Below are positions 57,365 through 64,000 of a stretch of 64,000 bases of DNA, one piece after another (the stretch's first letter is position 1; each line of letters starts with the position of its first letter). Below the pieces are notes generated by a model. That model searched no databases and had not been told where the DNA came from. It worked only from the letters and a program-made list of their open reading frames with translations. A program made the translations under genes and the position numbers. The DNA comes from an uncultured Gammaproteobacteria bacterium (GTDB lineage Bacteria > Patescibacteriota > Patescibacteriia > UBA1558 > S5-K13), in the NCBI GenBank assembly GCA_964640635.1, contig CAZXFD010000001.1, forward strand, positions 177,302 through 241,301, in the 5' to 3' direction.

Positions 57365-57392
57365 ACCCCCCACCTTATTGGTGGGGGGTTTT
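57365..57392 (+). terminator. Strong terminator
   Basis: ACCCCCCACC-TTATT-GGTGGGGGGTTTT. Confidence 0.85.
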
Positions 57393-57448
57393 GATTTAAG
57401 CTTAAAAATTTGCTATATTTATACTTATTAATATATAAAATAAGACTT

Positions 57449-58210
57449 ATGAAATTAAAACAATCAATCAAAGGAGTTATTACAATTTTAGTTTGCATTA
57501 TAATTATTGTAGGAGCTATATTTTTCTACAATGTTTATAAAAACAAGAAAACACAAAATGCGCAACAACCAAGTATATCAATGTCTGAAAAGGATTTTTC
57601 AAATGATTTTGAAAACATACTCAGAAAAGAGATTTCTGAAACTATTCCACCACAAGAAATAAAAGATAGGTTTAATAAGGAAATTGAAATATCAAAGAAG
57701 GCTATAGAAAACAATAAGCCATCTCAAGAAAAATTTAAAGATTTGAGCGAAGATTATGTAATAGTGGGTTTTAATTATCAAATTTTAGGTCAATATAAAG
57801 AAGCAGAAGATTGGTATAAAAAGACTATTGAGAAATGGCCAGATAATTACAAAGCTATTGTAAACTTAGGAGATTTGTATATTTTGATGGGTCAGTATAG
57901 AGAATCTGCAAGTTATTTTTATACTGCTATAAAGGCATATCCAGAAACAGATATTGCATATATGAAATTAGCAGATTTATATAATAAATATGCTAAAAAT
58001 AATAAGGATAATGCAAGTATTATATACGAAGAAGGTGCTAGGGTAGCAAATTATAAGAGAGCTTTATTAAAGGCGTATGCTGGATATTTAGAATTATATA
58101 AAAAAGATTATGAAAAAGCCGTTTCAATATGGAGAGAATATGAGAAGGTGTCTGGAGATAAAGTTGAACAAGAAATTTTAAGACTTCAAGAGGCAATAGA
58201 GTTAAAATAA
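57449..58210 (+). CDS. Membrane-anchored TPR protein
   Basis: N-terminal TM; 'LGQYKEAEDWYKK' and 'NLGDLY..MGQY' TPRs. Confidence 0.82.
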   Translation: MKLKQSIKGVITILVCIIIIVGAIFFYNVYKNKKTQNAQQPSISMSEKDFSNDFENILRKEISETIPPQEIKDRFNKEIEISKKAIENNKPSQEKFKDLSEDYVIVGFNYQILGQYKEAEDWYKKTIEKWPDNYKAIVNLGDLYILMGQYRESASYFYTAIKAYPETDIAYMKLADLYNKYAKNNKDNASIIYEEGARVANYKRALLKAYAGYLELYKKDYEKAVSIWREYEKVSGDKVEQEILRLQEAIELK

Positions 58211-58211
58211 T

Positions 58212-60401
58212 ATGCTAGAAAATACATTAAAGAAAATAAATTTTTGGGGAATAATTTTAATAATATTTTTGCCATTATTTACAAGTACAGCATTTATATT
58301 CCCATTTATGGCACTCAAGAATCTTCTTTTTAGATTTATTGTTTTACTTATTTCTATTTTTTTTGTTTGGTATTCTATAGGTATAAAAAAAATTAGGTTT
58401 GGTTGGATTTTTTTGAGTTTTATTATATTTTTTATTATTCAAACATTCTCATCTATTTTTGGTGTTAATTTTTATTATAGTTTGTTTGGTAATTTAGAAA
58501 GAATGGATGGATTATTTCATATTTTTTTATTACTTATATTTTTATTAATTCTTATTAATATATTGAAAACGAAGCAAGATTGGCTAAAAGTATTTAGATC
58601 TCTATCTATTTCTACGATATTAATGAGTTTATTTTATTTCCTGGGTTATTATGGAATCAGATTTTCTATTATATCTCTAGATAATTCAGGAACAATTGGA
58701 AACACTGCATTTCTTGGTGTGTATATGGTTTTAGTATTGTTTTTTCTTGCAATAGCTTATGTATATGATGACAGCAAGAAATGGAAGTATTTTTATATTA
58801 TTAATATAATCTTAGGTTTAATAATAGTTTTCATGAATGCTTCAAGAGGATCTATTTTGGGATTAATATTTGGAATATTTATTTTCTTATTATTTTTAAG
58901 TTTTAAATCAAAAAAAATAATAAAGCACATAACGATTATTTTTTTATCTGCAGTTATTTTGTTTGGGGTATTGGTTTTTAGCAATAGAGATAAATCTTGG
59001 GTACAGAATACAAAATTTTTAAATAGATTCGCAAGTATCGCTTCAAAAGATTATAGTTCTCAAGGAAGGTTATTGATTTGGGAAGTTGGATATAAGGCAT
59101 TTTTAGATAGACCAGTTTTTGGATATGGGCCTGAAAATATTTTGTATGGTGTTAATAAATATTTTAATCCACAAATTACAGAAAACTGGTTTGATAGAAT
59201 GCATAATTTTGTATTTGATTATTTAGATTCGTCTGGAATTTTGGGATTGCTGAGTTATTTATTTATGATTTTAGTAACATCTATATATATATTAAAGTAT
59301 TATAAAAAAGATTATTTGTTGGGCTCAGCTTTGTTTGGATTTTTAGCATCTTATTTGGTAATGAATTTTTTTGTTTTTGATACACTTAATTCTTGGATTC
59401 TTGTAATAATGTTTTTAGCCCTTGTTAGTTTTCTATATAAAAATAATAGTAAAATAGATCAGGAAAAAATAATTCCTAAATTGTTAGTTTCAAATGTGAA
59501 TATGGTATTGGGTTTTTCAACAATAGCATCAATATTGTTTATGTATATTTTTGTATTTTTACCAGCACAGGCAAACTCATGTGCTTTATTATCTCTTAAA
59601 GAACTTGGTAAAAATCCAGAAAAAAGCTTAGAATATATAGAAAAAGGAATTGCTTTAAATACCTTTGGAAATCGTGAATTATCAATGCAGTTATCAAAGG
59701 CTTATGTAGAAAATTTGGCCGACAGAAGTGATGTAACTCTTGACATACAAAAACGATTCTTTGAAAGTGCTGAAAAAAATTTACTAGAAATTATTAAAAA
59801 AGACCCAGAGGATGTTAGAACTAGAATGATTTTAGCAGAGCTTTATTTGAAATATTCAGCGCGTAATTCTTTTTATATTGACGAGGCCATTAAGTTAATT
59901 GAAACAACTATTCAATATTCTCCAACAAGAGTTGAGTCATATCCTATGTTGGCAGAGGCCTATCTTATGAAAAGTGACCCCAATAAAGCAATAGATTATT
60001 TAGAAAAAGCATTAGAGATAAATAATACAAGAAGTCAAGATTATCTAAATATAATTAATGTTGCATCGCAACTTAAAAGAAAAGATATAATGGATAAATA
60101 TGTTAATAAATTTTATGAAGGTTTTTATAATATTGATTCAGAGAGTTATAGAAAAATAGGTCAATATTATTTTATGGCAGGATATTTGAGTGATGCAGAG
60201 AGAATTTTAATAGAAAAAGCAATTCCATCAGATCCTGATAATATGAAAAGTTATGTATCACTTGCATCTATTTATGAATATGCAAAACAGTATGATAAAG
60301 CGATTAGCTATTTGGAGGGTGTTATAATAGATCATCCAGACTGGTCTATCACGCTACAAGATTATATTAAGTATTTACAAGACTTAAAAAATAAAAAATA
60401 A
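58212..60401 (+). CDS. O-antigen ligase/O-oligosaccharyltransferase family protein with TPRs
   Basis: ERMDG, GN, SRG, R.LIW, GYGPEN, FDRMHN; C-terminal TPRs. Confidence 0.85.
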   Translation: MLENTLKKINFWGIILIIFLPLFTSTAFIFPFMALKNLLFRFIVLLISIFFVWYSIGIKKIRFGWIFLSFIIFFIIQTFSSIFGVNFYYSLFGNLERMDGLFHIFLLLIFLLILINILKTKQDWLKVFRSLSISTILMSLFYFLGYYGIRFSIISLDNSGTIGNTAFLGVYMVLVLFFLAIAYVYDDSKKWKYFYIINIILGLIIVFMNASRGSILGLIFGIFIFLLFLSFKSKKIIKHITIIFLSAVILFGVLVFSNRDKSWVQNTKFLNRFASIASKDYSSQGRLLIWEVGYKAFLDRPVFGYGPENILYGVNKYFNPQITENWFDRMHNFVFDYLDSSGILGLLSYLFMILVTSIYILKYYKKDYLLGSALFGFLASYLVMNFFVFDTLNSWILVIMFLALVSFLYKNNSKIDQEKIIPKLLVSNVNMVLGFSTIASILFMYIFVFLPAQANSCALLSLKELGKNPEKSLEYIEKGIALNTFGNRELSMQLSKAYVENLADRSDVTLDIQKRFFESAEKNLLEIIKKDPEDVRTRMILAELYLKYSARNSFYIDEAIKLIETTIQYSPTRVESYPMLAEAYLMKSDPNKAIDYLEKALEINNTRSQDYLNIINVASQLKRKDIMDKYVNKFYEGFYNIDSESYRKIGQYYFMAGYLSDAERILIEKAIPSDPDNMKSYVSLASIYEYAKQYDKAISYLEGVIIDHPDWSITLQDYIKYLQDLKNKK

Positions 60402-60404
60402 TTT

Positions 60405-60596
60405 ATGTTAGACTCAAATGATATATATAATATAACAGAATCTATTGATAGAAAAATAGAGCAAAGACTTGAAGATTTCCAAGAAAAAGTTATTTCAAAA
60501 GATGATTTATATAAATTAAAAGAAGATATAATGTATAGCGTAAAAGAGGAGTTGAATAATTTTTATGATAAGGTAAAAGAACTTTTAAATAAATAA
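60405..60596 (+). CDS. Small coiled-coil protein with an 'SKDDL' motif
   Basis: Resembles the 62741 and 63235 proteins. Confidence 0.65.
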   Translation: MLDSNDIYNITESIDRKIEQRLEDFQEKVISKDDLYKLKEDIMYSVKEELNNFYDKVKELLNK

Positions 60597-60600
60597 AATA

Positions 60601-60617
60601 ATCTCGTCAGACGAGAT
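60601..60617. repeat. GC palindrome with compensatory changes
   Basis: ATCTCGTC-A-GACGAGAT. Confidence 0.65.
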
Positions 60618-60628
60618 AAAATAAAAAA

Positions 60629-62647
60629 ATGTTAGATAAAAATATTAAAAAGTATTTGCAAATATCAATATATTTTCTTATTGTATTTGCTTTTGCATCA
60701 AGTCTTGTGATTTTCAAGACTTGGATTTTTCCATTTATTACATCAAAAGCAATTCCTTTTAGAATTTGTGTTGAATTATTGGGATTTGCTTATGTGATTT
60801 TGATGTTAAATTGTGAAGAATATAGACCAAAAAAGTCTTGGATCACTTATAGTGTTGGTATATTTACTCTTATCGCAATAATCACATCTATATTTGGTAT
60901 TAATCCATATTTGTCTTTTGTCGGGGATTTAGAGCGAATGTGGGGAATAAATAATTGGTTACACTTAATTCTTTTCTTTTTTGTAGTTACGAATTTCTTG
61001 AAAACAAAAAAAGAATGGTTTGTATTTTTTAATTTTATATTAATTTTTGCAACTATAGTTGCAAGTGTTGCATATTTACAAATATGGAAAGTGTTTTCTA
61101 TCATATCTGTAAATCAAGGACTTGAAAGCTTACTAGGTAATATTGCCTATGTTGCTGGATTACTCCTTCTAGGCGTGCTTATATCCCTATACTACTTTAT
61201 AGAAAAAAAAGAATGGTGGTGGAGACTTCTTTATTCTATTCATATCATTATTCAGCTTCCAATATTAATAAAGACTCAAATTAGAGGAGCTCACGTTGCG
61301 CTATATTTATCTATTCTTACATTGTCTTTAATTTTTATTTTTAAGTCTCGTGCAAAAAAAGTAAAAATAGGATTATTAGTCTTTGTATTATTTTTTATTT
61401 CTATTTTTGGAGCAGCCTTTGCAAATAAAGATAAAGATTGGGTTAAGACAAGCCCAATTTTTGGTAAAATGGCAAGCATTTCAGCAAGCACTGGTACGGT
61501 AAGAACAAGACTTATTTCTTGGAATAGTGGTTGGCACGCATTTTTATTAAACCCCGTTCTGGGATATGGAATGGAGAATTATTATTATGCTTTCGATAAA
61601 TTCTTTCCAGGCTCTTATTACAGTGTTTCAGCTGGTGAAACTTGGTTTGATAGAGCACATAATATGGTTGTAGAAACTCTTGTTGCTCACGGAATATTTG
61701 GACTTGTTTCGTATTTGTTGATTTTTGTAATAACACTATTATGTTTATATAAAACATATAAAATAAATAAAGAAAAAAACTTTTTATACTATTTGTTTTT
61801 TTCCTGCATTGTAATAGCATATTTTATACAGAACTTTTTTGTATTTGATTCACTAGCCGTTACATCTGTATTTTTCTTTATCCTAGCTTATATAAATTTT
61901 AGATACACCGAAGAAACAAAACAAGAATATATTTGGAAAAGTGATTTATCAAATATTTTTAAGTGGACGATAGGAATTTTATCGGGAATTGTTTTGTTGT
62001 ATTTTGTTTTTGCTATAAATTTTGTAGAAATGAGTGTTGCAAAACAAAATTATGCAGTCCAGAGATCTATTTATCAAGACAATGATTTTAATAAATCACT
62101 TATAGAAATAAAAAAACTTTATGAGATAAATAGCTATCTAAATAAAGATTCAACTACAATGCTTACAGACACCATTACCACGGCATACACAAGAGCCCAA
62201 GGACAAGAACAAATTCAATCTGTTTTTAATATTATTAATTATCTTATAGATCAATATGATTATTATTTAGGTATCAATAACAAAGAAGCTTACATGCAAA
62301 TGAATTTATCTCGTCTTTATATTGTAAAGTCTAATTTTTTTGCCCCAGGTAGCAAGGATAGTGTCGACGCCTTGCAAATGGCAAAATTAGTAATTCAAAA
62401 ATCAATAGATCTATCTCCAGAGAGACTTCATAACTATTATTTTATGGCAAATATTGAGATGGCGCTTGGTAATACAAACTTAGCAACTGAAAATCTTGAA
62501 AAAGCTATAAAATACAATGATAAATATGGTGAGTCATATTTATTCTTGGGTAATATTTATAAGCAACTTAAAGATTCTAGAGCTGACGAATATATTAAAA
62601 AAGCTATAGAATTAGATCCAGCATTAGCAGCTCGAGTACAAAATTAA
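60629..62647 (+). CDS. O-antigen ligase/O-oligosaccharyltransferase family protein with TPRs (paralog)
   Basis: ERMWG, LGN, IRG, RLISW, GYGMEN, FDRAHN. Confidence 0.85.
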   Translation: MLDKNIKKYLQISIYFLIVFAFASSLVIFKTWIFPFITSKAIPFRICVELLGFAYVILMLNCEEYRPKKSWITYSVGIFTLIAIITSIFGINPYLSFVGDLERMWGINNWLHLILFFFVVTNFLKTKKEWFVFFNFILIFATIVASVAYLQIWKVFSIISVNQGLESLLGNIAYVAGLLLLGVLISLYYFIEKKEWWWRLLYSIHIIIQLPILIKTQIRGAHVALYLSILTLSLIFIFKSRAKKVKIGLLVFVLFFISIFGAAFANKDKDWVKTSPIFGKMASISASTGTVRTRLISWNSGWHAFLLNPVLGYGMENYYYAFDKFFPGSYYSVSAGETWFDRAHNMVVETLVAHGIFGLVSYLLIFVITLLCLYKTYKINKEKNFLYYLFFSCIVIAYFIQNFFVFDSLAVTSVFFFILAYINFRYTEETKQEYIWKSDLSNIFKWTIGILSGIVLLYFVFAINFVEMSVAKQNYAVQRSIYQDNDFNKSLIEIKKLYEINSYLNKDSTTMLTDTITTAYTRAQGQEQIQSVFNIINYLIDQYDYYLGINNKEAYMQMNLSRLYIVKSNFFAPGSKDSVDALQMAKLVIQKSIDLSPERLHNYYFMANIEMALGNTNLATENLEKAIKYNDKYGESYLFLGNIYKQLKDSRADEYIKKAIELDPALAARVQN

Positions 62648-62704
62648 TTTGACGGCTAAATAATGGTTAATAAGTCGTTTGACGAAATATTTTTGTGATT
62701 ATAA
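62641..62704 (+). repeat. About 63-bp direct repeat, copy 1 (promoter-like)
   Basis: AAATTAATTTGACGGCTAAATAAT..TTTGACGAAATATTTTTGTGATTATAA. Confidence 0.85.
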
Positions 62705-62740
62705 AATAACAATAAATTATTTTTAATAATAAAAATATTT

Positions 62741-63037
62741 ATGAAAAAGAGTGACTTAAATCAAATTGCAGATTTGTTAGATAAAAAGCTAATCAACTTT
62801 GTAGCAAAAAAGGATTTAAAACAGTTTTCTATGAAAAATGATCTGATTGCCGCTGACAATAGGGTTGTTGTATGTGTTAATAGGAATTTTATAAAAAATG
62901 ATAAAGCTCAGAGAGTTATATTTAAAAAATTAGATTGTGCAGAGACTAGATTAGATGGTATTGATATAAAATTAGATAGAATAGATGCGATTTTAGAAGA
63001 TGTGAGCGATGTTCTATTACCAAAGTCTGTTTCATAA
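62741..63037 (+). CDS. Small coiled-coil protein
   Basis: MKKSDL..; paralog of 63235. Confidence 0.65.
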   Translation: MKKSDLNQIADLLDKKLINFVAKKDLKQFSMKNDLIAADNRVVVCVNRNFIKNDKAQRVIFKKLDCAETRLDGIDIKLDRIDAILEDVSDVLLPKSVS

Positions 63038-63123
63038 GGTGATTTACTCTATTAGATAAATAAGAAATCAATACTGTGAAGAATAGCTATTAAATTATAT
63101 TCAGTATTAATAGTTTGAATGCA

Positions 63124-63187
63124 AAATTAATTTGACGGCTAAATAATTGTTAATAAACTATTTGACGAAATATTTTTGTGATTATAA
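63124..63187 (+). repeat. About 63-bp direct repeat, copy 2
   Basis: Four mismatches to the copy at 62641. Confidence 0.85.
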
Positions 63188-63234
63188 TATATATATATTA
63201 ATAAATTCTAATTAAGGTTTTAAAATAATGTATT

Positions 63235-63696
63235 ATGAGAAAAAGCGATTTAAAACAATTTTCAGATTTAATAGATGAGAGATTGGATTTGAAATTAGAC
63301 CAAAAGCTAGATGAAAAGCTAGCTAATTTTGCTACAAAGGATGATTTTAATGGCGCAAGAGAAGATCTCAAGGGTTTTGCTACAAAAGAGGATTTGAAGC
63401 GGTTTGTCACAAAAGACGATTTAAATGAATCAGAAGAAAAAATAGCACGGTCTATTAATAGCGGCATTAATATTAGTTTAAAAGAATTTGAAGGAAAGAT
63501 GAATATTAAATTTGATGAGATTAATAAGGAATTAATGAAAAGACCTACGAAAGATGAAATTTTTCAAAAATGGGATAACAACATAGATCAAATAAAGTGT
63601 GATGTCGATGGATTGAAATACATGCATAGAGATCAGTGGAAGCAGCTACCAAATAGAGCCACTATAAAAAGCGCTCTCGGCACAAGAAATGCATAA
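63235..63696 (+). CDS. Coiled-coil protein with FATK(D/E)D repeats
   Basis: FATKDDF / FATKEDL / FVTKDDL. Confidence 0.75.
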   Translation: MRKSDLKQFSDLIDERLDLKLDQKLDEKLANFATKDDFNGAREDLKGFATKEDLKRFVTKDDLNESEEKIARSINSGINISLKEFEGKMNIKFDEINKELMKRPTKDEIFQKWDNNIDQIKCDVDGLKYMHRDQWKQLPNRATIKSALGTRNA

Positions 63697-63717
63697 TATA
63701 TATTTATATAAAAAGAG

Positions 63718-64000
63718 CTATTCTAAATAGTTCTTTTTTATTTTGTCTATGAAGTTCGAAAAGTTAAATTTTTCAAGGCTATTTGGACCATTTTTGATGA
63801 GCTTTGAAGCTAGTTCTTGGTCTGTGAGTAGTAGTTCAATTTTACTGGCTAAATCATTGGAATTTTTGGCTTCAAAAATGACTCCATTTACGTTATTTTC
63901 AACAACTTCGGTCAATGATTCAAGATTGCTAGAAACTATCAAATTTGAGGCATTTAGAGCTTCTAAAAGGGTATATGGTAAGCCTTCTTTAATGGATGAT
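63718..64000 (-). CDS. GT4 glycosyltransferase, C-terminal part (runs off the window)
   Basis: 'EGLPYTLLEA...EVVENNVNG..DLASKI'. Confidence 0.88.
   Translation of the reverse strand, partial: SSIKEGLPYTLLEALNASNLIVSSNLESLTEVVENNVNGVIFEAKNSNDLASKIELLLTDQELASKLIKNGPNSLEKFNFSNFIDKIKKNYLE

Noticed and set aside
2303-63467. Many short overlapping or antisense ORFs (e.g. 3361, 7108, 12119, 25924, 28909, 45390, 63198)
   Set aside because: They overlap well-supported genes and show no motifs or initiation signals.
1-64000. Alternative genetic code (TGA read as Gly)
   Set aside because: Core genes are full length under code 11 and the 28406 gene ends at its expected C-terminus with TGA.

Overview
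Very AT-rich chromosomal window read with the standard genetic code. Gene content points to a Patescibacteria (CPR, Parcubacteria-like) genome; this is an inference. The core backbone has ftsB/prsA-like genes, tRNA-Thr, ftsEX, rpmA, iscU-nfu-iscS, a split dcw cluster (mraY-murD-ftsW-murG-murC-murB and mraZ-rsmH-ftsL-ftsI-murF), hpf-secA, rplJL with an L10 leader, tsaB, a CIRCE-controlled hrcA-grpE-hsp20-dnaK-dnaJ operon, two ECF sigma/anti-sigma modules and an S-layer-like gene followed by two O-antigen-ligase/TPR genes. No CRISPR array, integrase or transposase is visible. Structure not explained by the gene list: (1) six self-contained, counter-oriented gene cassettes, each with its own sigma70 promoter, a GGAGG Shine-Dalgarno that host genes lack, and its own terminator; (2) an ECF module whose sigmaW-type promoter points at an exported metallothionein-like protein; (3) a family of 17-35 bp GC-rich palindromes that appear inserted into reading frames, a start codon, an SD-ATG spacer and other repeats; (4) polarised 7-8 nt repeat tracts in many spacers; (5) a MITE-like 23-bp inverted repeat element; (6) a highly structured ~270 nt RNA leader on the S-layer-like gene that shares a motif with that gene's terminator.
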